A DNA stretch of 64,000 bases, from the NCBI GenBank assembly GCA_964487545.1, contig CAZARI010000004.1:42365-106364 (forward strand). The letters run 5' to 3'. Under the pieces are notes generated by a model that saw only the letters and a list, made by a program, of their open reading frames with translations, made no database searches and was not told the DNA's origin. Source of the stretch: an uncultured Cryomorphaceae bacterium (GTDB lineage: Bacteria; Bacteroidota; Bacteroidia; Flavobacteriales_D; SKUL01). Made by a program: the position numbers and the translations under genes. Shown here piece after piece: positions 31,078 through 39,688 of the stretch (positions are counted from its first letter, which is position 1; every line of letters starts with the position of its first letter).

Positions 31078-31838
31078 TTGGTCTTGTTGTATTTTTTTCC
31101 AAAAAGGAAGTTTAGATAAAAATTGAGAAAAAATTGTCGATTCTCAGAGCCCTCCAGCGCCATAATAGGGATTTTCTGGGCATAGCCGTCAAATGCCACC
31201 CCACCTTCGAGTGCCATAATACTGGTTTTTTTGCTCGCAAACTCGAACATTAGGCCGAAGCGACCGTGAACACCTGGGTAGATTCTCAACTCATCCCAGC
31301 CCTTAAACCCTGATGCCCTACCATAAATATCATCGTGGTAATGCTTGTCTACATCATATCGTTCCACATTAATCACCCGTGAGCCCGGCATCTGACCTTC
31401 GCGGATGATTTCAAGATAAACAGGCTTGGCCAGTCCAAGTGAGGGACCGATCGACCAGGTGTAACTCACCTCGACACCATTTTTGCGCAATTTATCGTTC
31501 AGCACTTTTTTATATCCCCACGATGGGCGGACCGCGAATAAGGAATATTGCTTGCCGTAAAAGTATCCGCGGGCATCTTCATAATAAGGATTAAAACTCT
31601 TAACCTGCTTATGACTGTTGATTCCGACAATTTCCAGTTTCAGGGCTCGCGCCTTAAAAGCGGTTCTATTCTTCAACGTTGAAAAATTGAGCCCCCAGCC
31701 CGAAGTATGAATATTGACCCCACCAAACCATTGATGTTGATATACCACCATGGTTTCATCAAAAATCGTTTCCTGAGCACGTATTTGCAGCGAAAGCAAT
31801 GTGATAAACACAAGTAATATGAATACTTTTACCTTCAT
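31074..31838 (-). CDS. Hypothetical secreted/envelope protein
   Basis: 254 aa with a signal peptide ending IRAQ and an aromatic/Gly-rich composition. The stop overlaps the lipA start by 4 nt. Confidence 0.5.
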   Translation of the reverse strand: MKVKVFILLVFITLLSLQIRAQETIFDETMVVYQHQWFGGVNIHTSGWGLNFSTLKNRTAFKARALKLEIVGINSHKQVKSFNPYYEDARGYFYGKQYSLFAVRPSWGYKKVLNDKLRKNGVEVSYTWSIGPSLGLAKPVYLEIIREGQMPGSRVINVERYDVDKHYHDDIYGRASGFKGWDELRIYPGVHGRFGLMFEFASKKTSIMALEGGVAFDGYAQKIPIMALEGSENRQFFLNFYLNFLFGKKYNKTK

Positions 31839-31891
31839 GTATATCCAACAAAGTTATACATTAAAGGTCTAAATCACACACACGTTTCAAT

Positions 31892-32302
31892 ATGACGACA
31901 GCTACGATAGTCTATCAGGGAAATCTCAGAAATGAATTAACGCATAGCGAAAGCAATGTGAGAATGGTAACCGATGCGCCGAAAGACAACAATGGAAATG
32001 GCGCTTCGTTCTCTCCTACCGACCTGACAGCCGTATCGCTCGGCGCGTGTATGCTGACAATAATGGGAATCAACGCGTCGGCCAAAGGGTTTGAATTTGT
32101 GGAAGCAACAGCCAGCATTTTAAAGGAAATGACCTCTAGTCCGCGAAGAATTGGCAGAATAGAGGTCAAACTAAAAATAAAGGATGAAAGTTATTCGAAG
32201 CGAGAAAAGGCCATTCTCGAATCGTCTGCGCTATACTGCCCGGTTGCACTGAGCCTGCATCCTGATATCGAGCAGAAGGTATATTTCGAATATTACCAAT
32301 AA
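31892..32302 (+). CDS. OsmC/Ohr-family peroxiredoxin-like protein
   Basis: 136 aa with two conserved Cys contexts (SLGACMLT, ALYCPV). Confidence 0.75.
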   Translation: MTTATIVYQGNLRNELTHSESNVRMVTDAPKDNNGNGASFSPTDLTAVSLGACMLTIMGINASAKGFEFVEATASILKEMTSSPRRIGRIEVKLKIKDESYSKREKAILESSALYCPVALSLHPDIEQKVYFEYYQ

Positions 32303-32392
32303 AAGAAGAAGCGACCACACCTCGCATACATGGCTATTGGCAGACCGAATTTCGTATCATTGGTTAATTTCGATCAACACCGAAATAGATGC

Positions 32393-32524
32393 TTAGCAAT
32401 TCTCGGCAGGCTGATGATATTCAATGCTGCTGTATGCTGCACACGCTTTCTTTTGTGTGCTGCACGAAGCCATTAAACCACCTGCAAGAAGAAATACAAC
32501 AACTATAGAATGGAATCGTTTCAT
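32393..32524 (-). CDS. Possible small lipoprotein (43 aa)
   Basis: Internal Met of ORF 32393..32665 gives MKRFHSIVVVFLLAGGLMASC with a lipobox. Short, so weakly supported. Confidence 0.35.
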   Translation of the reverse strand: MKRFHSIVVVFLLAGGLMASCSTQKKACAAYSSIEYHQPAENC

Positions 32525-32678
32525 TGATAATTTATTTTGAAGATCTGTAAAAATAGGAATATGTTGCAAACTAATAGATTTTGCTTTTCGTTTCTCGTTA
32601 CTATCGAAATTCTTATTCACAATTCTGATTTTTGAATGTTCACTTGGCTTATTATAACGGGACACTTCCAGAAAGGTT

Positions 32679-34448
32679 ATGATTATTTCATCAATTTTTG
32701 TTCCACGAAAACCTATCAGGCAGGCTAAACCCCTACTCGTTTGCTTTGCAACACTTTGTCTATGGTGGCTGAGTCCGCAAATTCAGGCGCAAAAGCAGTA
32801 CTCGGTTCAGGTGGTTGATGTGCAGAATAAACTGCCCGCAGATGTGGTGAGAAAGGAACAATTTAGCAGCTACAGACACCGCTATTTATGGTTGCAGGAA
32901 ATGCAGCTCGAAATGTTCCGGCGGGGCTATCTCTCTTTCTCTGTGGATCGGATTGTAGAAAGCGGCTACCACTGGAATGTCTATATCTATACTGGTGACA
33001 TCTTTTCATGGGCCAAATTAAGCCGCGGGAATCTGGATGAGGAAACCCTTGGTAGCATTCGCTTTCGTGATAAAATATTTTACGAACGCTCGTTTAATCC
33101 CAATCAGGTGTCTGAGCTATTCGAGAGCATTCTAACCTATTGCGAAAACAACGGGCACCCTTTTGCCACCGTTCATCTCGATAGTACACACCTTGAGGAA
33201 AATCGACTCAGTGCCAGCATTCGGCTCAACAAAAACCAACTGATACAATTGGACAGTGTCGTGGTGCGAGGAAGCACCAAAACGCACCCCAATTACTTTC
33301 AAAATTATCTGGAATTAAAACCCAACATGCGCTACAATGAGCGCACCATCACTGCCGTCGACGGTTTGCTGGAGGATCTTGCTTTTGTCGATATTATTCG
33401 TCCGACCGAAGTCATATTTTCGGAGAAAAACACCAAAGTTGTTCTTTATCTTAATGAACGAAAAGCCAGTCGATTTGACGGCATACTCGGTATTCAACCC
33501 GATGAATTCACCGGTAAAATCGGAATAACAGGGGACGTCAAACTTGAGCTTCAAAACGCGTTTAATCGCGGAGAAACCATTTCGCTGAACTGGCGCCGGT
33601 TGCAAACAGCCACCCAGGACATTAACGTTCAGTTTAAATACCCATACCTGCTCAACTCGCCGATCGGAGCCGACCTCGGATTTTCATTGTATCGACGCGA
33701 CACTTCCTTTGTTCAAATAAGTGCACAAATTGGAGCAGCCTATCAGTTTTCGGGTCGAAGTCATGTCAAGGTATTTTATGAGCCACGGCAATCGAATGTG
33801 ATATCGAAGGTAATTGCTCCGAGCCAGGGAATGGCTAACTCACAATCCAATTTATTCGGCCTTGAAGTCCAAACTTCACGGCTCAATTACCGCATCAACC
33901 CAACCCGCGGCCATGAGCTGACTTTGAGTGGAGCGGCCGGAAGCCGTTCGATACGCAAAAACCCAGAGTTGGATGAAGTATTTTACGAAGACATACCGCT
34001 AAAGTCCACACAGTGGAACAGCACGCTGCTGGCACGGATATTTACCTTAATCACACCACGCAATACGGTGATGTTGGGCGTAAAAGGTGCCATTACCCAA
34101 AATCCAAACATGTTTAGAAACGAGGTGTTTCGCATCGGGGGCATGAGTACTATCCGCGGATTCGACGAAGAATCGATTTTTGCCTCAGCCTATGGAATTT
34201 TCACCGCTGAATATCGTTTTCTACTCGAAAGGAATTCCTATTTGTTTGCCTTTTTTGACGGCGGCTGGTATGAGCTGAACGTGACCGACGGTTATCTTCG
34301 CGACACCCCGCTTGGCTTTGGACTGGGGATAACTTTCGAAACCAGGGCGGGAATGTTCTCACTCACCTATGCCCTCGGAAAGCAGTTCGACAATCCGATA
34401 TTACTACGGAACGGTAAAATTCATTTCGGCTTCGTCAGTTTTTTCTGA
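32679..34448 (+). CDS. Omp85 (BamA/TamA/ShlB)-family outer-membrane protein
   Basis: 589 aa with a signal peptide ending IQAQ. C-terminal barrel motifs are FRIGGMSTIRGF and terminal HFGFVSFF. Confidence 0.6.
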   Translation: MIISSIFVPRKPIRQAKPLLVCFATLCLWWLSPQIQAQKQYSVQVVDVQNKLPADVVRKEQFSSYRHRYLWLQEMQLEMFRRGYLSFSVDRIVESGYHWNVYIYTGDIFSWAKLSRGNLDEETLGSIRFRDKIFYERSFNPNQVSELFESILTYCENNGHPFATVHLDSTHLEENRLSASIRLNKNQLIQLDSVVVRGSTKTHPNYFQNYLELKPNMRYNERTITAVDGLLEDLAFVDIIRPTEVIFSEKNTKVVLYLNERKASRFDGILGIQPDEFTGKIGITGDVKLELQNAFNRGETISLNWRRLQTATQDINVQFKYPYLLNSPIGADLGFSLYRRDTSFVQISAQIGAAYQFSGRSHVKVFYEPRQSNVISKVIAPSQGMANSQSNLFGLEVQTSRLNYRINPTRGHELTLSGAAGSRSIRKNPELDEVFYEDIPLKSTQWNSTLLARIFTLITPRNTVMLGVKGAITQNPNMFRNEVFRIGGMSTIRGFDEESIFASAYGIFTAEYRFLLERNSYLFAFFDGGWYELNVTDGYLRDTPLGFGLGITFETRAGMFSLTYALGKQFDNPILLRNGKIHFGFVSFF

Positions 34449-34470
34449 ATCTAACTTCTATTTTTACCCT

Positions 34471-35094
34471 ATGATCGTCCGGTTCACAATACTTATGTTT
34501 TTGCTTCTTTCGGCAGGCACCGTCAAATCGAACGATCCTGCACGCAAAAACTCGGCGATGATCGAATTTTTAACAGAGTATCTACATATTAAATATCAGC
34601 AACATCAATTCGATGAGTTTCTGTACGTCGCCGTAAAACAGCAAAAAATGTACTTCATCCGCGACAAAAAGGTGGCCGAAGAATTTCAGGTTTCTACTGC
34701 TAAAAATGGAATTGGCAGCGAATGGGGCAGCAACTGCACTCCCACCGGTCTGCATCTTATTCGCGAAAAGGTAGGTGGTGATGTGCCATCAGGAGGGGTT
34801 ATTAAAGAAAAAGTATATACCGGCAGAGTGACCGACATTATTAAAGAACCCGTATCGACAGGATCAGACGAAATCACCACTCGGCTGCTTCATTTGAGTG
34901 GATTAGAGCCTGGTATCAACCAAAACGAAAAAAGAGATTCCTACCTGCGGGGCATTATGATACACGGCACTCCTGAAGAAGGATTAATTGGAAAGCCGGC
35001 ATCTCACGGTTGTGTGCGGATGAAAAATGACGACATCATGCGGCTCTTTTCTCAAATTAAAACCGGAACCTTAGTCGTTATTCTGAACAACTAA
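34471..35094 (+). CDS. L,D-transpeptidase (YkuD domain)
   Basis: I prefer the start MIVRFTILMFLLL at 34471. The catalytic motif is IHGTPEEGLIGKPASHGCVRM. Confidence 0.75.
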   Translation: MIVRFTILMFLLLSAGTVKSNDPARKNSAMIEFLTEYLHIKYQQHQFDEFLYVAVKQQKMYFIRDKKVAEEFQVSTAKNGIGSEWGSNCTPTGLHLIREKVGGDVPSGGVIKEKVYTGRVTDIIKEPVSTGSDEITTRLLHLSGLEPGINQNEKRDSYLRGIMIHGTPEEGLIGKPASHGCVRMKNDDIMRLFSQIKTGTLVVILNN

Positions 35095-35227
35095 GCCATT
35101 TTTAACTTTGAATAGATAAAGGCCTATAACAAGGAATTTGCCACGAGATTGCGCAATTTGCTCTCGGCAATTATCGTTAAACTTGCAGCATATCTGAGTC
35201 CGGTTGAAGTAAGTCACTAGTAGCACC

Positions 35228-36514
35228 ATGGTCAGCAAATTAAACAAACTTCATATCACCCACATTGCAATCGCACTGGCAGTATTGCTTTTGATGGCGG
35301 CATGTGGCAGCAGTAAAAAGGTGTTGCGGGAAAATATCTCCGGCATATACGATTCAAATAAAATCAGCATCCAGTACGACAAAAAGATTTTTCATTCAGC
35401 CGAAAACGAGACCACTATTTATTTTAAAATTCCACTTGCCGACCTAACTTTTGAGGAGAGTGAAAATGATCTCAAGCAGTCGGCATCAGCGCTGATCGAT
35501 CTCAAGGTTTTCCCATCTGCTCCCGAATTGACCCGTGCCGTTGACAGCATTCTGGTTCGGTTGGATGAGGTGACACGCACTGGTGAAAACGCCCACCTGC
35601 ACACCGCGCTTAAAATGAGCCTTCCAGATGGTTACAACTTTAGGGCAGAACTGAGAATCATTGATATAAACAGTGGTGAAATGCAGTCTTCGCAATTTGC
35701 GATCGAGAAAAATAACGCTAATCACCGCGACAATTTTCTGCTTTTTCAAACCGACAAGCGACTGCCGGTATATGAGAATTTCATTACCCGGCCCAATCGT
35801 TTGAGAATAAAGAACAAACAACAAAAGGACATGATGGCGCGGTATTACGGACGATATTTTCCGCTGCCACCTCCGCCATTCTCCAATTATACGCCGCCTC
35901 CGTTTCAATATCAAGCCGACAGCACTTTCGCAATACGTGCCACACCCGATTTCTCAATTTTTGAGCCCACCAAAACAGGCTTCTACCACATTACAATTAA
36001 TGAGGACCAAAAACAGGGATTCACCCTCTTTACCTTTCCAGAACCCTTTCCGTTTGTTGCTGAACCCCTGCAAATGTTCGAATCCATCCGCTACCTGACT
36101 ACGGAATGGGAGCATCGGGAAATGCAACAAAAAGGTAGCATACGACAAGCGGTAGAAGAAAAGTGGCTGGAATTTGCCGGCTCAAAAGAGCGTGCCCGAC
36201 AAATGATTCAGTTGTACTACAGCCGGGTAGAAAATGCCAACCAGTTTTTCACCTCCTATACCGAAGGTTGGAAAACCGATCGAGGTTTGATTTTCATCAT
36301 CTTTGGTGAACCGAATATCATATACAAAGGCACCAACTCCGAAACTTGGATTTACGGCGAAGAGAGGAATGTTATGTCGCTGAATTTCACCTTTATTAAG
36401 GTCATCAATCCCTTCACCGACAACGATTATAGATTGGATCGCAACGAAAATTACAAAGCGGCCTGGTACAGGGCTATTGAAAGCTGGCGAAATGGCAAAA
36501 TATATGCAAACTGA
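35228..36514 (+). CDS. GWxTD domain-containing lipoprotein
   Basis: 428 aa with lipobox LMAAC. The C-terminal segment YTEGWKTDRGLIFIIFGEPN contains the GWxTD motif. Confidence 0.7.
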   Translation: MVSKLNKLHITHIAIALAVLLLMAACGSSKKVLRENISGIYDSNKISIQYDKKIFHSAENETTIYFKIPLADLTFEESENDLKQSASALIDLKVFPSAPELTRAVDSILVRLDEVTRTGENAHLHTALKMSLPDGYNFRAELRIIDINSGEMQSSQFAIEKNNANHRDNFLLFQTDKRLPVYENFITRPNRLRIKNKQQKDMMARYYGRYFPLPPPPFSNYTPPPFQYQADSTFAIRATPDFSIFEPTKTGFYHITINEDQKQGFTLFTFPEPFPFVAEPLQMFESIRYLTTEWEHREMQQKGSIRQAVEEKWLEFAGSKERARQMIQLYYSRVENANQFFTSYTEGWKTDRGLIFIIFGEPNIIYKGTNSETWIYGEERNVMSLNFTFIKVINPFTDNDYRLDRNENYKAAWYRAIESWRNGKIYAN

Positions 36515-37271
36515 CGTTACTACTACCAAAGATTTTGTGTTTGGAACACACCCCGTGTTGGAGGCCCTCGAAAGTGGAAAAGAAATCAACAAAATTCTGA
36601 TTCTGCGAACCGGCATTTCAGAAAACACGCAGAAAATTATAAAGCTCGCCCAACAGGCCAACATTCCTTATCAGAAAGTACCTGTTGAGAAGCTCAACAA
36701 AATCACCCGAAAAAATCATCAGGGCGTTATTGCCTTGCTTTCACCGGTGCACTACGACAATCTCGAAAATGTTGTAGTTGATTTATACGAGTCGGGCAAA
36801 ACCCCATTGATATTGGTACTCGACCAGATAACCGATGTGCGAAATTTCGGTGCCATTTGCCGATCCGCAGAATGCATGGGAGCTCACGCGGTGGTGATTC
36901 CTGAACGAGGCGGGGCGCTTATAACCTCTGAGGCTGTTAAAACTTCAGCAGGAGCCGTTTTCAATATTAAAATTTGCCGGGTGAAGGATTTACCCGGGTC
37001 TGTAAAATTTCTAAAGAACAGCGGTCTCACAGCAATCGCTTGTTTCGAAAAAGGGAAAAAACTGCTTTCTGAAACTTCCTTCGCGGGTCCGGCAGCAATT
37101 ATCCTGGGTGCAGAAGATACCGGAATTTCGTCACAACTAATGCTCGAGGCCGACGAACAAGTGCAGATCCCAATGGCAGGTGTTACCCAATCGCTCAATG
37201 TGGCGGTTTCGGCAGGCATAGTGTTGTATGAAAGTTTAAAACAACGCATGGCTATTGAAACTTCGTCCTGA
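36492..37271 (+). CDS. rlmB: 23S rRNA (guanosine-2'-O)-methyltransferase, RlmB-like (TrmH group 3)
   Basis: N-terminal substrate-binding part FGTHPVLEAL and SpoU motifs DQITDVRNFGAICRSAE, LGAEDTGIS and SLNVAVSAGI. The start is ambiguous (36477, 36492 or 36504). Confidence 0.7.
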   Translation: MAKYMQTDVTTTKDFVFGTHPVLEALESGKEINKILILRTGISENTQKIIKLAQQANIPYQKVPVEKLNKITRKNHQGVIALLSPVHYDNLENVVVDLYESGKTPLILVLDQITDVRNFGAICRSAECMGAHAVVIPERGGALITSEAVKTSAGAVFNIKICRVKDLPGSVKFLKNSGLTAIACFEKGKKLLSETSFAGPAAIILGAEDTGISSQLMLEADEQVQIPMAGVTQSLNVAVSAGIVLYESLKQRMAIETSS

Positions 37272-39147
37272 AAATCACTGGTGGCTCGTCGGGACCATTC
37301 TGGCAGTGGCCGCAGTTCTTCGGCTATATGCGCTTGACTTTTCCTTTTCAAACGACGAATTATCAGCACTAACGCGGCTCAACTATCCCACTTTTTCAGC
37401 GCTGATCAATCAAGGCATCCGCGTAGATGGTCATCCAGCTTTCACGCAGTTGTTGTTGTATTGCTGGACCCACATTGCTGGTCTGTCTGAGGTTGCCGTT
37501 CGCCTGCCATTTGTGATTTTCGGTATCGGTGCTGTATTGATGCTCTTTTTAACCTGCCGTGACTGGTTTGGAACACCAGGAGCTTTATTTGCATCGGCCT
37601 GTATGGCCGGACTGCAGTTTTTTATCATGTACAGCCAACTGGCTCGCCCCTACAGCCCGGGGTTATTTTTTACCTGCGCCACTGCATTTTTCTGGGGACG
37701 AATTCTGCTCAACAAAGGCGGAGTTTGGAATGCTGTTCTCGCGGGGGGTTGCACAGCGCTTGCCATGCTGACCCATTACTTTAGTTTTATGCAGGTGATG
37801 TTGATGGCGGTTTTAGGGTTGTTTTTAATCAACAGGCAAAGTTGGAAGCATTACCTGATTGCGGCTATAACGGCTCTTGCAATCTGGATTCCGCATTTTG
37901 AAATCACGCGCTATCAGCTCAGTCTGGGCGGTGTGGGGCAGTGGCTCGGGGCACCAGAGCCAGATTTTATTTGGCAATTTTTACGGTACATATTCAACGA
38001 TCACTATTTGCTGATCACCTTCATTATTGCTCTTGCAATTTTGGGCTTTTTCCTCCGGCTTCCTGCCGTCAAATTCAGCAAATGGCAATTAATCTGCTTG
38101 CTGCTATTAATCCTTCCTTACGGAATCGGATACTACTACTCAGTGCATATCAATCCGGTGATGCAGTTCTCTACCCTGCTCTTTGCCGCGCCATTTTTAT
38201 TGATGCTGGTTTTTTCATTTTTTCCAACTTCACTGTCGAAATGGATGACCATCACGATAACCGTTCTGCTGCTTTGTGTAACATCGCTCAGCACGATGCT
38301 TGTTGCCCGATATTACGCCACCGAGCAATTTGGGGTTTTCAGAGAACTGAGTGAAAAAATAAAAGCTTGGGATGAGCAATACGGTCGGAACAATGTTGCC
38401 AAAGTTGCCCACTTAAACAGCCCAGACTACCTGCATCATTATTTCGAAAAGCTTGGACACCGGGTTGAGATACCCTTATGGAGTATTGATAACGACAGTA
38501 CCCGCACGGCTCTGCGACATTTTTTGCAACACGCAGAAGAACCCTTCCTTGCTTTTGCCTGGTCAAACAGATATGTTCCACCAGAAACGTATGAAATCAT
38601 CCGGTTTGAATATCCACAACGAATTGAGCATGCAAACCATTTTAACTCCGGCGCATATTTATTCAGCAAAGCGGGCAAAGACGAGCGCAAGCCTTCTTTT
38701 AGTTTCGAAGTGGATTTTAAGAAAAGCCCATCGCAATTCATCCCTGAAATGGACACCGAAAAGATCATTGATGAAAATGACACCGTTAGTTACAGAATGA
38801 CTTCGGATGATGAATACGCATTTAACTTTGTTGCCTCTTCGGAAGATTTGAACCTCAGACCCGGCGATCTTTTAACCGTAATCTGTCGTCTTCACACCTC
38901 ATACCAAACAAACTGCACGCTAGTTTTGGAGGTGTCTTCTGACTTCAGCGCAGACTTCTGGAAAGGCAATAATCTATACCCAGGTTTCAATTCCGGTGAT
39001 TCGAATCACCACGACATGATTCTCGTATATGAAGTTCCAGAAGAAAACAATGAAGATGACCGTGTAAAAATCTACCTGTGGAAGCAGTCGGCGGAGGAGC
39101 TCCGGATAACCAACTTCGAAGTGCGCGTTTTCCCTTCGGGTGATTAA
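37255..39147 (+). CDS. GT-C fold (ArnT/PMT-like, GT39-like) membrane glycosyltransferase with C-terminal soluble domain
   Basis: 630 aa. The N-terminal ~400 aa are multi-pass hydrophobic. An acidic NDE motif follows TM1 (LYALDFSFSNDELSA), as in GT-C first loops. Overlaps rlmB by 17 nt. Confidence 0.5.
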   Translation: MKLRPENHWWLVGTILAVAAVLRLYALDFSFSNDELSALTRLNYPTFSALINQGIRVDGHPAFTQLLLYCWTHIAGLSEVAVRLPFVIFGIGAVLMLFLTCRDWFGTPGALFASACMAGLQFFIMYSQLARPYSPGLFFTCATAFFWGRILLNKGGVWNAVLAGGCTALAMLTHYFSFMQVMLMAVLGLFLINRQSWKHYLIAAITALAIWIPHFEITRYQLSLGGVGQWLGAPEPDFIWQFLRYIFNDHYLLITFIIALAILGFFLRLPAVKFSKWQLICLLLLILPYGIGYYYSVHINPVMQFSTLLFAAPFLLMLVFSFFPTSLSKWMTITITVLLLCVTSLSTMLVARYYATEQFGVFRELSEKIKAWDEQYGRNNVAKVAHLNSPDYLHHYFEKLGHRVEIPLWSIDNDSTRTALRHFLQHAEEPFLAFAWSNRYVPPETYEIIRFEYPQRIEHANHFNSGAYLFSKAGKDERKPSFSFEVDFKKSPSQFIPEMDTEKIIDENDTVSYRMTSDDEYAFNFVASSEDLNLRPGDLLTVICRLHTSYQTNCTLVLEVSSDFSADFWKGNNLYPGFNSGDSNHHDMILVYEVPEENNEDDRVKIYLWKQSAEELRITNFEVRVFPSGD

Positions 39148-39292
39148 AAAAACCGCTCAACTCAGTTCATCGGTTTATTTGCTCGGTTGGTTCCGATTTA
39201 TTTCACTTTTATCTATTATTTCGTGAGGGAATGATTGGAGTATCTTCACTTCTATTACATTAGCCGCTAATAACCACTACATTACACTTATT

Positions 39293-39640
39293 ATGAATCC
39301 AACCTTTTTATTACCAAGCGTATTGTTCATTTTCTACTTTTCGATTTCAACTCTCTTTGGTCAAGAAGCGTCCTATCACCAGATAATCATTGAGACTGAA
39401 CAGTTTTCGAACCAAGAAATTGAACATCTCAAGGAGCATCTGATTTCCGAACACTCTTTTGAAATTATGGCTTCATGTGCAAATGAAGGCTTAATTCTGG
39501 TTGGGTTTCCAACTACACTCCCCATTCGGGTGCCTCACGCCGAACAAATTATCACTTCTGCCATTGCGCAATTGTGGGAACAAGAATCTTCTGTTTCTCG
39601 CGGAAAGTCGCGCGAGAGCATTTTGAACTGTGGGCAGTGA
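39293..39640 (+). CDS. Hypothetical small secreted protein
   Basis: 115 aa with a hydrophobic N-terminus ending LFGQ. No motif I recognise. Confidence 0.4.
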   Translation: MNPTFLLPSVLFIFYFSISTLFGQEASYHQIIIETEQFSNQEIEHLKEHLISEHSFEIMASCANEGLILVGFPTTLPIRVPHAEQIITSAIAQLWEQESSVSRGKSRESILNCGQ

Positions 39641-39688
39641 TTGCTCGTCGTGAATGCATTTGTCTAATCAAATTAAATCTCAATAGTG

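Noticed and set aside
35138-35170. Imperfect hairpin ttgcc-ac-gaga...tctc-ggcaa between the L,D-transpeptidase and GWxTD genes.
   Set aside because: The stem is bulged and only 9 bp, with no T-run, so it cannot be called a terminator or an operator with confidence.
36182-37369. Minus-strand ORFs of 160-161 aa (36182..36664 and 36884..37369).
   Set aside because: They are antisense to the well-supported GWxTD, rlmB and glycosyltransferase genes and have no recognisable motifs.
39201-39261. Imperfect direct repeat TTCACTT(T/C)TAT..TATTA upstream of the small ORF and adhesin gene, considered as a possible phase-variation or operator element.
   Set aside because: The repeat is imperfect and AT-rich. 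There are no flanking inverted repeats or nearby recombinase that would indicate an invertible promoter.
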